Numbered from the stretch's first letter, positions 42,385-52,640 are shown. The stretch is DNA of 64,000 nt from an uncultured Gemmatimonadaceae bacterium (GCA_963716745.1 OY970320.1:3040001-3104000); one strand, 5' to 3'. Notes: generated by a model not told the origin, from the letters alone. Program-made: numbers and translations.

Positions 42385-42966
42385 CTATTGAGTAGTGCGA
42401 GTCTGCAAATGCATCGCCGCCGTCACGCCGTCATGCACCCAGCGCTCGGCGACTTCTACGAGCCGCGCGAAGAGCGCGAGCGTCGCCTCCCGTTCGGCCA
42501 CGGCGAACGGCGCGAGCACGAACGCGTCGAGCGGCGCGATCGGACGGTCGGTCTCCAGCGGTTTGATGCCGATGCGGAGCCGTGCGTACTCGCGCGACCC
42601 CACCTGCTTCTCGATGCTCTTGAGTCCGTTGTGCCCGCCGCTCGAGCCCTCCGCGCGCAGCCGCCACGTGCCCACCGGGATCGCGACGTCATCCACCACG
42701 GCGAGCAGATCTGTTGTCGCGCTCCACGCCGGCCGGCGCAGCCACGGCACCAATACCTCGCCGCTCAGATTCATGTACGTGAGCGGCTTCACCAGCCGAA
42801 CGTGCGCCGTGCCTACGCGCCCACCCGCCGTGAGCGCGTGGCCATCCTCCCGCCACTTCCCGAAATGCCAAACGTCGGCCAGGTGGTCCACCACCCACCA
42901 GCCGACGTTGTGGCGCGTTCTTTCGTACTGACGGCCGGGATTGCCGAGGCCGATGATGACCTTCAT
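42385..42966 (-). CDS. pth: Peptidyl-tRNA hydrolase
   Basis: GLGNPG, TRHNVG, KPLTYMNLSG, GGHNGLKS. Confidence 0.95.
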   Translation of the reverse strand: MKVIIGLGNPGRQYERTRHNVGWWVVDHLADVWHFGKWREDGHALTAGGRVGTAHVRLVKPLTYMNLSGEVLVPWLRRPAWSATTDLLAVVDDVAIPVGTWRLRAEGSSGGHNGLKSIEKQVGSREYARLRIGIKPLETDRPIAPLDAFVLAPFAVAEREATLALFARLVEVAERWVHDGVTAAMHLQTRTTQ

Positions 42967-43011
42967 GCGAACAGGGCGCAGCGGAGCGGGGCGACGTTCC
43001 GCCCCGTGCCG

Positions 43012-43698
43012 CTAGTCCTTCTCGTCCTCGTCGTCCTTCGCCTTCACCTTGCGGATCAGTTCGGGCTCGGCCGGCGCAGCACCCTCCACCGGAACCGCAC
43101 CCTCCGCGCCCTCCGCGACTACCGGCGTCGCCTCGACCTCGATGCGCGGCGGCACGACGACGCAGACCGTCGCGTCGATGTCCTCGAGCAGCTTGAGACC
43201 TGCGGGGATCGTGAGATCGCGCACATGCAGCGACTCATTCAGCTTGAGCACATCGACGTTCAGGTCGAAGTGGTTCGGGATGTTCGCCGGGTCCACTTCC
43301 ACGCTGATGGTGCGCATGATCTGGTCGAGCGTGCCCTGCTGATTGCGCACGCCGTCGGGCGAGCCGACCAGCACGATCGGGATGTCGACCGTCACCTTCT
43401 CACCCGCCACCAACTCCTGGAAGTCGATGTGCAGGATGTTGCGGCGGATCGGATGGCGCTGCACCTCGCGAATGAGCGAGCGCGCGACCTTGGTGCCGAT
43501 CGTGACGTCGAACACGGTGGTGTCGGCGGAGACGCGGCCGAGCATGCGGTCGAGTTCGCGCTCGTCGAGCGTGATCGCCTGCGGCTCCCGCGCGTGTCCG
43601 TAGATGATGCCGGGCACCTTCTTGTCGGCGCGCAGTTTGCGGGCCGTGCCCTTGCCGGTCGTCGCGCGGTTGTGCGCGATGAGGATCTCAGTGGCCAT
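43012..43698 (-). CDS. rplY: 50S ribosomal protein L25/Ctc
   Basis: ARKLR, VPGIIYG, EVQRHP, HIDF, EPELI. Confidence 0.94.
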   Translation of the reverse strand: MATEILIAHNRATTGKGTARKLRADKKVPGIIYGHAREPQAITLDERELDRMLGRVSADTTVFDVTIGTKVARSLIREVQRHPIRRNILHIDFQELVAGEKVTVDIPIVLVGSPDGVRNQQGTLDQIMRTISVEVDPANIPNHFDLNVDVLKLNESLHVRDLTIPAGLKLLEDIDATVCVVVPPRIEVEATPVVAEGAEGAVPVEGAAPAEPELIRKVKAKDDEDEKD

Positions 43699-43743
43699 GG
43701 TTCGATCTCGCTGACGGTTGCGGAAACAGTGGTGGAGCGGCGG

Positions 43744-44697
43744 TCACTCGAACAGCGAACTCACACTCTCGTCGCTGTGCGTATAGCGGATCGCTTTTGC
43801 CAGCAGCTCGCCGATCGAGAGGATGCGAAGCTTCTCGAAACGTTTGGACGGCGGCAGTGCGATCGTATCGGTCACGGTCACCTCGGCGATCGGCGCCGCG
43901 GTGAGACGCTCGACGGCGGGGCCGGAGAGCATCGCGTGCGTGGCGCAGACGTAGATATCGTTGGCGCCGAGCGCCTTGAGCGCGCGCGCCGCCTCCGAGA
44001 CCGTGCCGGCGGTGTCGATCATGTCATCGGGAATGAGACAATCCCGACCTTCCACTTCACCGACGACGTTCAGCACTTCGGCCACATTGGCCGCCGGCCG
44101 CCGTTTGTCGATGATCGCGAAGGTGCCGTTGAGCCTCTTCGCGAACCCTCTCGCCATCTTCGCACTCCCGACATCGGGCGCGACGACCACGAGATCCTTC
44201 AACGCCTTCTTCCGGTAGTGCGCGGTGAGGACCGGCGCGGCGTAGAGATGATCGACGGGAATGTCGAAGAACCCCTGCAGCGCGTGCTGGTGGAAATCGA
44301 TCCCCAGCACCCGGTCAGCCCCGGCCTTCACGATCAGGTTGGCGACGAGCTTGGCGCCGATCGCCACCCGCGGCTGGTCCTTGCGGTCCTGCCGCGAATA
44401 TCCGTAGTACGGCATCACACAGGTGATCCGGGCGGCCGAGGCCCGCCGTGCCGCGTCGATCATGAGCAACAGCTCCATGACGTTCTCGGCGGGCGGATTG
44501 GTCGGCTGCACGATGAACACATCGTGCCCGCGTACGTTCTCGTCGATGCGGACGAAGATCTCGCCGTCGGCGAATCGGCTCAGGGTGACCTTGCCGAGTT
44601 CGACGCCCAGGGTGCGGCTGATCTCCTCCGCGAGCCCCCGGTTCGCCGTGCCCGACAACAGTTTGAAGCCCCGTCGCGGAACGCTTAGATCATCCAT
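43744..44697 (-). CDS. prs: Ribose-phosphate pyrophosphokinase
   Basis: FADGE, PYYGYSRQDRK, PDVG, DDMIDTAGT, SVSSLF. Confidence 0.96.
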   Translation of the reverse strand: MDDLSVPRRGFKLLSGTANRGLAEEISRTLGVELGKVTLSRFADGEIFVRIDENVRGHDVFIVQPTNPPAENVMELLLMIDAARRASAARITCVMPYYGYSRQDRKDQPRVAIGAKLVANLIVKAGADRVLGIDFHQHALQGFFDIPVDHLYAAPVLTAHYRKKALKDLVVVAPDVGSAKMARGFAKRLNGTFAIIDKRRPAANVAEVLNVVGEVEGRDCLIPDDMIDTAGTVSEAARALKALGANDIYVCATHAMLSGPAVERLTAAPIAEVTVTDTIALPPSKRFEKLRILSIGELLAKAIRYTHSDESVSSLFE

Positions 44698-44750
44698 GCG
44701 TCACAGCCATTAAAGTTAAGCGCGCAGAAGGGGTTATGCAACTCGTCCGA

Positions 44751-44869
44751 GACGTTAGACGTTGGACGTTAGCGATCGGCATGACAACGGATGATGTACG
44801 ACTCTCGGGCCTACTCGCGCATGACACAATTCGTTGTCATGCCTCCCACCAACGTCTAACGTCCGTCGT
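44751..44869. repeat. Palindromic intergenic element B (sister of element A)
   Basis: 44758-44787 matches 992-1021 at 29/30; 44837-44863 matches 1071-1097 at 26/27. Confidence 0.9.
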
Positions 44870-44875
44870 GAACAG

Positions 44876-44946
44876 TTGCCCCCGGTGGATTCGAACCACC
44901 ATTACCGGATCCAAAGTCCGGAGTCCTGCCATTGGACGAGGGGGCA
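44876..44946 (-). tRNA. tRNA-Gln (TTG)
   Basis: Acceptor stem TGCCCCC/GGGGGCA, anticodon arm CCGGA-CTTTGGA-TCCGG, T-loop GGTTCGAATCC; CCA not encoded. Confidence 0.96.
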
Positions 44947-44957
44947 GCAGCCTGCGG

Positions 44958-44986
44958 AAGTTAGTGCCGCTGGTACAGCCACTCAA
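44958..44986 (-). promoter_or_regulatory. Probable sigma-70 promoter for tRNA-Gln/prs operon
   Basis: TTGAGT-N17-TAACTT, 11 nt upstream of the tRNA. Confidence 0.55.
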
Positions 44987-44994
44987 GCACGAAC

Positions 44995-45874
44995 TTACCC
45001 GAACGTCACCGGTTGCACGCTCGTTGCCGTGCGCGTGACGATCAACGAGCCCGGCAACGTGCTGTGCGAGCGCCGCGGCATCGGGCGGCAGCGCGAAGAT
45101 CCCGTAGATCGTAGAGCCCGACCCGGTCATGCGCGCGATCGACGCGCCGGAGCGGTGCAGCGCTTCTGTGATGCCCGCCAGCCCGGCGTGATGCGCCCCC
45201 ACGACCGCTTCGAAATCGTTCGCGGTGAGCGGCGCGAGCGTCTCCCACGTCGCGAAGCGGTCGAACGAAACGATCTCCGGCGCCGCGTGGAACCCGCTGC
45301 CGCGCGCGGCATCGAGCCACGCATACGCCTCCGCGGTGCTCACGCTGAAGCCGGGCTGCACCAGCGCGACGCTCCGCTCCGGGAGCGGCGGGAGCGCGAG
45401 CATTCGCTCGCCGCGGCCCGCGCCGAGCGCGAGCGGCGCGGTGCCCGTCAGGAAGGGCACATCCGCGCCCAACGGCGTTGCGATGCGCAGCAGCTCGGCT
45501 TCGCCCACCGGATGCGGCGCGAGCGCGTTCAACGCTCGCAGCACGGCACCCGCATCGGCGCTGCCACCGCCGAGGCCGGCGCCAACCGGGATCCGCTTCT
45601 CGATGCTGATCGCGAAGCCCGCGGGCCAACCCGTGGCCTCGTGCATCGCCAGCGCCGCGCGCCAGGCGAGATTCTTCTCCGGCGGACCCACGTCGGCGCC
45701 GCGCGCGTCGATCGTGCGCGCGCCCGTCGTGATGCGTACGGTCACGTCGTCGCCCAGCGCCAGCCGCTGGAACAGGGTGGCGATCTGGTGGTAGCCCGAC
45801 GCTTCGCGCGACAGCACGCGCAATCCGAGATTGATCTTCGCCTGCGCGAGCACCCGCGCGGCGCGCGTGGTCAT
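44995..45874 (-). CDS. ispE: 4-diphosphocytidyl-2-C-methyl-D-erythritol kinase (frameshift near 45065)
   Basis: AKINLGL, KRIPVGAGLGGGSADA, GADVPF, MTGSGS; plausible end ...TRTATSVQPVTFG* at 44995 in the alternate frame. Confidence 0.92.
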
Positions 45875-46888
45875 GCCGCGGCGGTCTCGGCGCGCTGCAG
45901 ATCGCGCAACCGGAATCCGAGTTTCGTGAAGTAGTAGATGCCGATGAGCGTGATCGGGATGAAAGTGAGGACATGGAATCCGATCGCCCAGCTGGTAGCG
46001 AGCGACCGGTCAACGCCGTAGATGCACCGAGCCCCTGCTGGCCGACCCATCTCGAACACGCCGAAGAACCCCGGCACGCTCGGCACCGCCACGCCGATCG
46101 CGATCAATCCCTGCAGCAGCAGCGCCGCGCTGAAGGGCGCGGTGATGCCGACGGCCTTGAACGCGCAGGAGGAAGGCGACGCCGTTGAGCAGCCAGTGCG
46201 CCACCGTCCAGAGGAGTACACGGAAAAAGCGCGACGGATGGCGGAGCACGCCGAGCCCCGACGCGAAGGAGAGCAGGAGCTCGCGCCCCTGCGCCTCGTA
46301 GCTGCGGCGCGACCTTCCGCGCGAGCCATTCGTACACCGTGATCATCACCTTAGGAAAGAAGACGATCAGGTAGAGCGCTCCAAGCGCCGCCGTCGCGAC
46401 GAGCGCGCCTACCAGCACGATGTCGCCCACCTGCCAGCCTCGCCAATTGCACGTCCGGGAACGACGGCGACATCATCGCCACGAGCATGAGCATCAGCAC
46501 CACGAAGGCGTCGAACACGCGGTCCACCGCGAGCGACGCGAACGCTGCGGAGAACGTGACGCGCTCCGTTTCCTTCGAGAGCACGTACGCGCGCGCGAAC
46601 TCACCGGCGCGCGCGGGCAGCACGTTGTTCCCCGCCATGCCGATCGCCGTAGCGCGCCACAGATCCTTGAGCGGAATGCCCGGCGCGATCGGATCGAGGA
46701 TCACGCGCCAGCGGATGGCGCGCAGCGGGAAGATCAGCGTGCCGGTGACGGTCGCCGCGAGCAGATACCAGATGATTCGCGTCGCGCAGATTGCCCCAGA
46801 TCACCGCGGGATCCTGTCCGCGGAACGTCCACCAGAGCAGCCCGGCGCTGAGCGTGACGCCGAGCAGGGTGCGCCAGCGCGAGCTCAC
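45871..46888 (-). CDS. Lysylphosphatidylglycerol synthase TM / flippase-like membrane protein (several frameshifts)
   Basis: NNVLPARAGEFAR, DRVFD and VPSVPGFFGVFE spread over at least four reading-frame pieces. Confidence 0.8.
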
Positions 46889-46894
46889 GCTGGC

Positions 46895-48649
46895 CTACTC
46901 GACGAGCGCGAGATCGAGCAGGTCGAACAGTTCGGCCACGTCTTCGGGCGTGGGCGGCGTTCCCGCGGCCTGCCACTCGTGGCGCAGTTCGGCGGCGCGC
47001 TCGAGCGCGGCGCGCCCGCGGTAGAGCAGCTGGTCGATCGGCACCGTGCCGTCGTCGTTCGGCACGATCGACGGCGCGCTCATCGGCTGGTCCTCGAGGC
47101 GGCGCAGCCCGGCGATGCCATCCTGCAGGAACGCGCGCAGCGATTCGCCGCTCGGTTCGGCGCCTGGCGCCCGGCGCGCGGCGCTCGGCGGCGCGGGCTC
47201 GGGCTCGACGCTCGGGGCCGAAGGCCATGCAGGGAAGGAGCCCGCGGGCGCCTGGGACATCGGAACGGCCGGCCGCTCGAGCGAGCGGCGCGGCGGAGGC
47301 GCGATCGGCGCGGCGGGCGGCGCCACGGGAGCCACGGGACGCACCGCCATCGGCGGCGTCGGCGTGCGCATGGGCGGGATGTCGCCGGCGAGCAGCGCCA
47401 CTGTGGAGCGGCCGGCGGTCTGCGCACTACGCGGCGCGGCGAGCTGCTCGAGCAAGCGCGCGAGCTGTTCGGGGCGCGTCTCGGGATCGGCGAGTTTCGT
47501 GGCGGCGGTGTCGAGCGCCGTGAGGCCCGCATCGTTCAGCGTCGCGACCTTCACGCTCCACTCGGCGGCGAAGCGCGCGACCTGCCGCTCACCGAAGCTG
47601 CTAGCCGCGCTGCCGAGCGCGCGCAGCGCGGTGCGGAGTTCGCGCGCCGTGTGATCGCGCGCGTCGGGCGCACGCGTGCCGCGCGCATCGCTCACCACGC
47701 GGCGCAGATGCTCGGCGAGGCTCACCACTTCCATGCGGAAGCGCTCGGCGGCGGTCGTGGGCGGCGCGCTCGCGGCGCTCACGACGTGCGGACCGGCGTC
47801 GTCGAAGAAGAGTTGTGCGATCGGGACGATGCGGTCGGCGCTGCCGCCTTCATCCGGGAGCGCCGCCATCGCGTTGTGGAAGGCGAGCACTTCGGGCGCG
47901 CCGGGGACGGGGCGGCCGCGCTGGCCAATGTCGCGCGACGCGCGGCGCAGCACCGCCGCGGCGGTCGCGAACAGCGATTTCTGTTTGGCGCTCGGCGTGG
48001 GGTGCGGCGCGCCGAGCTCGAGGCCCTTGAGCGCGCGCTCCACCGCGTCCACCACATCGGGCAGCGGCGGCATGTCCTTCAGATCGGCGACGCCGCGCAA
48101 CGCACGCACCCGCGCCGCGAGCGCGGCGATCACGCTCGTGTCCTCGGGCGATGCCACGAGCAATTCGAGCGAGCGCGCGAGGTCGGCCGTCTCGGCGGCG
48201 AGGAAATTCGCGCCGGTGAGCGGCTCGTTGTCGGCGACGGGCGTCGGGGGCGGCACGAATGGCGTTCCGCCGGGGCCGGGCGCGAGGCGATCGAGCTCGG
48301 CAGTGCGCGCCTGGGCGAGGCGGTCTTCCGCGGGCGTCCATTCGCGCACGGCGCGCACGAGGATGCGCAGATCGTCCACCGCGGCCACGACCGCGGCGCT
48401 CGCGGCGGGCGTCCAGCCCATCGCGCGATTGCGCAGCGCGCGCGCGACGCGCTCGAGGGCGCCGGCGATGTCGGCGATGCCGTACTGGCGGGACATCGTG
48501 GCGCTGCCGCGCAGGGCGCGCGCGTAGCGGCCAAACGAATCGGCGTTGGGGCCGGCCGGACCGGCGGATGTGAGCAGGTTGTCGAGGCGCTCGATGTACT
48601 CGCTCGCTTCGACGATGAAGAAGTCCAGCACTCCGGCCGATGCCGTCAT
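46895..48649 (-). CDS. Hypothetical protein with repeated Hpt-like helical domains
   Basis: LDFFIVEASEYIERL...ARALRGSATM resembles CheA P1 but lacks the His; similar repeats downstream. Confidence 0.6.
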   Translation of the reverse strand: MTASAGVLDFFIVEASEYIERLDNLLTSAGPAGPNADSFGRYARALRGSATMSRQYGIADIAGALERVARALRNRAMGWTPAASAAVVAAVDDLRILVRAVREWTPAEDRLAQARTAELDRLAPGPGGTPFVPPPTPVADNEPLTGANFLAAETADLARSLELLVASPEDTSVIAALAARVRALRGVADLKDMPPLPDVVDAVERALKGLELGAPHPTPSAKQKSLFATAAAVLRRASRDIGQRGRPVPGAPEVLAFHNAMAALPDEGGSADRIVPIAQLFFDDAGPHVVSAASAPPTTAAERFRMEVVSLAEHLRRVVSDARGTRAPDARDHTARELRTALRALGSAASSFGERQVARFAAEWSVKVATLNDAGLTALDTAATKLADPETRPEQLARLLEQLAAPRSAQTAGRSTVALLAGDIPPMRTPTPPMAVRPVAPVAPPAAPIAPPPRRSLERPAVPMSQAPAGSFPAWPSAPSVEPEPAPPSAARRAPGAEPSGESLRAFLQDGIAGLRRLEDQPMSAPSIVPNDDGTVPIDQLLYRGRAALERAAELRHEWQAAGTPPTPEDVAELFDLLDLALVE

Positions 48650-48707
48650 CCGATCTCCGACAGATGGTGGTGGTACCCTGCGAAGCTATCCGGCGCCCGG
48701 CGGTGGG

Positions 48708-49446
48708 TCAACGAGAAATCCCGCGTGCCGCATCCATCGCCGCGCGCATCTCACGCACCGCCGCGGCGATCCCGATGAACACCGAGCGGCTCACAATGGA
48801 ATGACCGATGTTCAGCTCTTCGATCTCGGGGATCGCGGCCACCGGCGCGACGTTCCGCACCGTGAGCCCGTGTCCCGCATGCACCGCCAGTCCGAGCGCG
48901 GCACCCAACGATGAAGCCTCCGCAAGGGCGGCGAGCGTGGCGCTGTCGTGCGGGTGGTGCGCGTACGCGCCGGTGTGGAACTCCACCGCGTCCGCGCCCA
49001 GATCGCGCGAGCGCCGCACCGCGTCCTCCGCGGGGGCGATGAATAGACTCGTACGCACCCCCGCGCGTTTCAGGCGCGCGAGTCCGGCGGTGAGACGCGC
49101 GGGATCGCGGGCGACATCGAGTCCGCCTTCGGTCGTGACCTCCTCGCGCCGCTCGGGCACGAGCGTCACCTGGTGCGGCCGCAGGCGCTCGGCGATCGCG
49201 AGCATCTCGTCGGTGAGCGCCATCTCGAGGTTGAACTCGGTGCGGACGGCGCGCGCGAGGAGCTCGATGTCGTCGTCCTGCATGTGGCGCCGGTCCTCGC
49301 GCAGATGCGCGGTGATGCCGTCGGCGCCGGCTTGCTCGCAGAGTGCGGCCGCGGCGACGGGGTCGGGCTCGTCGGTGCGCGCGCGCCTGCCGGATCGTGG
49401 CGACGTGATCGACGTTGATATAGAGACGCTGCAGGGTTGCTCGCAT
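48708..49446 (-). CDS. pdxJ: Pyridoxine 5'-phosphate synthase (frameshift near 49385)
   Basis: INVDHVATIRQAR then HLREDRRH, TTEGG, HAGHGL, ELNIGHSI. Confidence 0.94.
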
Positions 49447-49494
49447 GTTGGCTGTCCGCTAGTTTCGCTCGTGTCTGCCAACCGGGCGAGCCGA

Positions 49495-49965
49495 ATGACA
49501 CGCACACTGCTCATGATGCTGATCCTGGCCGGCTGCGCGTCCACGCCGGCCTACAAGGGCAACCCGGCGAACGCACCGCCGACGACGGCGGGCGACCCCG
49601 GCGCCGCGACGCCCGATCTCGCGGTGAAGGCGTTCATGGCCGCGATCAATGCGCAGGACGTGGATGCGCTCGGCCTCATCTGGGGCTCCGAGAAGGGACC
49701 CGCCGTGGACCTCCCGGCGAAGGACCAGCTCCCGCAGCGCGCGATGATCATGCAGTGCTACCTCAAGCATGACAGTTATCAGATCGTGAACGATGTGGTG
49801 GCGAGCGAGAAGGTGCACGTCATGACGCTCTCGGTCACCAAGGGCACGTTCACGCGCCAGACCACTACGAAGGTGTTCCTCGGGCCGAACAACCGCTGGT
49901 TCGTCGGCGAGACCGATCTGCAGCCGCTCAAGGACCTGTGCTCGGGGCAGAGCACCACGAAGTGA
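49495..49965 (+). CDS. Hypothetical lipoprotein
   Basis: MTRTLLMMLILAGC lipobox; coding-like codon pattern. Confidence 0.75.
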   Translation: MTRTLLMMLILAGCASTPAYKGNPANAPPTTAGDPGAATPDLAVKAFMAAINAQDVDALGLIWGSEKGPAVDLPAKDQLPQRAMIMQCYLKHDSYQIVNDVVASEKVHVMTLSVTKGTFTRQTTTKVFLGPNNRWFVGETDLQPLKDLCSGQSTTK

Positions 49966-50000
49966 GCGCAGGGGCCGGGAACTCATCGCCGCCTGGGTGA

Positions 50001-50411
50001 TTAATATTCGGTGAGTTCGATGAGCACGCCCGCCGTGGACGACGGGTGCAGGAAGGCGATGCGTTTGCCTTCGGCGCCCACGCGGGGGGTCTCGTCGATC
50101 AATCGCAGTCCGGCGGTCCGGCAGCGCGCAAGCGCCGCCTCGAGGTCGGGCACGGCGAAGCAGAGATGATGGATCCCGGGCCCGCGCTTTTCGATGAACT
50201 TGGCAATGGGCGAATCGGGGAGGGCGGGCTCGAGGAGTTCGACCAGCGTGTCACCGGCCGCGAGACCGGCGATGTGCGCGCCGTCGGCGTCATCCAGCGG
50301 TGCGTCCTCGAGGCCGAGGACGTCGCGGTATAAGGGCAAGATCGTCTCGAGCGAGCGGACGGCGATGCCGATGTGGGCAAGCGTCACGCCGCGGCGGGAT
50401 GCAGGTTTCAC
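50001..50411 (-). CDS. mce: Methylmalonyl-CoA epimerase (VOC family)
   Basis: HIGIAV, VELLEP, GPGIHHLCF, AFLHP, GVLIELTE. Confidence 0.9.
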   Translation of the reverse strand: MKPASRRGVTLAHIGIAVRSLETILPLYRDVLGLEDAPLDDADGAHIAGLAAGDTLVELLEPALPDSPIAKFIEKRGPGIHHLCFAVPDLEAALARCRTAGLRLIDETPRVGAEGKRIAFLHPSSTAGVLIELTEY

Positions 50412-50497
50412 GACGATCGCGCTCCGGGAACGGGGGGCGACAGGAATCTAACGAGAGATGCGCGGCGAGCGAGTCCGCGCCGGAGAGAGAGCACTCA

Positions 50498-50827
50498 ATG
50501 TCGAACACAGCAGCAGTGACGGATGCGGATTTCGAGACCGAGGTGGAGAAGCACGACGGGCTGACGCTCGTCGACTTCTGGGCGACGTGGTGCGGACCAT
50601 GCCGCATGGTGGGTCCGATCGTCGACCAGCTCGCGACCGAGTACGCGGGGAAGGCGAAGGTGATGAAGATGGATGTGGACGCGAACATCCGGACGTCGAC
50701 GCGCTACAACGTGCGGAGTATCCCGACGATCCTGTTCTTCAAGGGCGGGAAAGTGGTGGATATGGTCGTCGGCGCGATGCCGAAGGCGACGTACGAGGCG
50801 AAGATCCAGCAGCACACCGCTGCCTGA
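50498..50827 (+). CDS. trxA: Thioredoxin
   Basis: DFWATWCGPC, SIPT. Confidence 0.96.
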   Translation: MSNTAAVTDADFETEVEKHDGLTLVDFWATWCGPCRMVGPIVDQLATEYAGKAKVMKMDVDANIRTSTRYNVRSIPTILFFKGGKVVDMVVGAMPKATYEAKIQQHTAA

Positions 50828-50835
50828 ACTGCAGG

Positions 50836-50882
50836 GGCGCGTCTAGCAACTGAGCGTGTGGCACGGCGAGGGCGCGTGTGGG
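50836..50882 (+). repeat. Solo degenerate copy (G) of the four-helix-bundle flanking repeat arm
   Basis: 40/47 identity (one gap) to the reverse complement of the inner part of arm 55516-55581. Confidence 0.8.
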
Positions 50883-50903
50883 AGATCCCACACGCGCCTT
50901 TTT
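50871..50903 (+). terminator. Intrinsic terminator after trxA
   Basis: GGCGCGTGTGGG-AGAT-CCCACACGCGCC hairpin followed by TTTTT. Confidence 0.85.
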
Positions 50904-50909
50904 CGCGCT

Positions 50910-51404
50910 CTAGAACGTGCGGCGCTCCTGGATCTGGTTGACGTCGATCCCGCCCGGCACCGTGTAGACGGCGGTGACGTCGAGTGAGTAGGAACTCTTG
51001 ATGATCACCATCCCCTCGAAGAAGGGATTGTTGTTGAGCTTGAGCCTGTTCTCGACGTCCTGGCAATCGGTCGCGAGGCCGAAATCGGGGGCGAGAGAGT
51101 CACTGGAGATCGGCTTGATGAATTGCGGCCTCTCCGCTCCCGGCGGGAGCGTGATGATGAGCCCTTTGGTGAAGTGGATCACTGAGTCGGTCTCGTTCGC
51201 GATGTTGATGGTGGTGGCGTAGCGCTGAGTCACGACCCCGGCGCTAACGGCCGCGGGCTTCGAGGTCGTCGCGATGCCGCACACCATCTTGACCGTGTAC
51301 TCATACCAGAATTGCCGCAGGGGCGGCGGTGCGGATGTGGCGCCCGTGAGCGCGACGGTGAAGGAGGCGAGGAACACGAGCGTGGCGGCGCGGGCACGTG
51401 ACAT
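50910..51404 (-). CDS. Hypothetical secreted protein
   Basis: Signal peptide, beta-rich body, two Cys (KMVCG, TDCQ); GGGGA SD upstream. Confidence 0.75.
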   Translation of the reverse strand: MSRARAATLVFLASFTVALTGATSAPPPLRQFWYEYTVKMVCGIATTSKPAAVSAGVVTQRYATTINIANETDSVIHFTKGLIITLPPGAERPQFIKPISSDSLAPDFGLATDCQDVENRLKLNNNPFFEGMVIIKSSYSLDVTAVYTVPGGIDVNQIQERRTF

Positions 51405-51555
51405 ATGATCCCCCTATGGCGATGAAAGCGAATTCACGCTACGGCGCTCGAACGATGACCGCAACTGCCGGTGATCGGCGCTTGTTGTGCTTCGTCCCAT
51501 TGCGTCCCGCTGGGCCGGAATGCACGCTAGATGCAACTTCTCACCGGAGCCCGTC

Positions 51556-52629
51556 ATGTCTGACAGTCCGTCCTCCCGCGACATCAGCGCGGTGCTTCAG
51601 AATGGCCGCGGCTCGCGCCGAGCGTTCCTGAAGACGAGCGCGGCCACGGCGCTGGCGAGTGCGGCGCTCGTGGCGTGCAAACCCACCGATCAGGCGCCGG
51701 CGGCCGCCGCCGCCGGCGACAGCGCGCACGCCGGCATGACCGACTCCGCCACGGCGCACGCGGCCGTGGAGCAGATGGACTCGATGCACGAGAAGGGCGT
51801 GAAGGCCTTCCCCGCCAAAACGGAAGGGAAGGGGAACATGCCGCTCGCGCCGACGATGGACGGCAAGGTGAAGGTCTTCCACCTCACGGCCGCTCCGGTG
51901 AAATGGGAAGTGACGCCGGGCACGCTCGTCGATGCGTTCGCATACAACGGGCAGGTGCCGGGGCCGCAGATCCGGATCAAGGAAGGCGACCGGGTGCGCA
52001 TCGTCCTGAAGAACGATCTGCCCGAGAGCACGGCGATCCATTGGCACGGCGTGGAAGTGCCCAACGATATGGACGGCGTGCCATACATCACGCAGCCGCC
52101 AGTGAAGCCGGGACAGTCGTTCACGTACGAGTTCACGTTGAAGAATTCCGGCTCGCACATGTACCACTCGCACCACAACTCCACGATGCAAGTGGGCAAA
52201 GGCCTGCTCGGCGCTTTCATCGTAGAACCGAAGGTGCCGCGCGCGATCGAGAGAGCCGACATTGACTACGTGATGATCATCAACGATTCCACCGGCGGCT
52301 TCACGCTCAACGGCAAGGGATTCCCCGCCACCGAGCCGATCGTGGCCAAGAAGGGACAGAAGGTGCGCATCCGCTTCATGAACGAAGGGCAGATGATCCA
52401 CCCGATGCATTTGCACGGCATGCCGATGCTCGTGATCGACAAGGACGGCTATCCGCAGCCGATGCCGTGGAAGTGCGACACGCTGAACGTCGCGCCCGGC
52501 GAGCGGTGGGACGTGATCGTGGATGCGCAGGCGGTGGGGACGTGGGCGTTCCATTGTCACATCCTTTCGCACGCGGAGAGTCAGATGGGAATGTTCGGGA
52601 TGGTCACGGCGCTGATCATCCAGGCGTGA
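51556..52629 (+). CDS. Tat-exported two-domain multicopper oxidase (small laccase-like)
   Basis: SRRAFLK Tat motif; HWH, HSH, HPMHLH, HCHILSH...M. Confidence 0.9.
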   Translation: MSDSPSSRDISAVLQNGRGSRRAFLKTSAATALASAALVACKPTDQAPAAAAAGDSAHAGMTDSATAHAAVEQMDSMHEKGVKAFPAKTEGKGNMPLAPTMDGKVKVFHLTAAPVKWEVTPGTLVDAFAYNGQVPGPQIRIKEGDRVRIVLKNDLPESTAIHWHGVEVPNDMDGVPYITQPPVKPGQSFTYEFTLKNSGSHMYHSHHNSTMQVGKGLLGAFIVEPKVPRAIERADIDYVMIINDSTGGFTLNGKGFPATEPIVAKKGQKVRIRFMNEGQMIHPMHLHGMPMLVIDKDGYPQPMPWKCDTLNVAPGERWDVIVDAQAVGTWAFHCHILSHAESQMGMFGMVTALIIQA

Positions 52630-52640
52630 CGGCGTGCCTT

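Noticed and set aside
42981..43012. Hairpin between rplY and pth as another family member
   Set aside because: Short GC stem with none of the core or arm motifs; likely an ordinary intra-operon structure
44876..44946. tRNA-Gln as an island integration site
   Set aside because: I found no duplicated tRNA 3' end or integrase, and the flanks are the usual ispE and prs genes
44837..45874. ispE ORF running through tRNA-Gln
   Set aside because: A frameshift near 45065 explains it; the alternate frame stops at 44995 before the tRNA promoter
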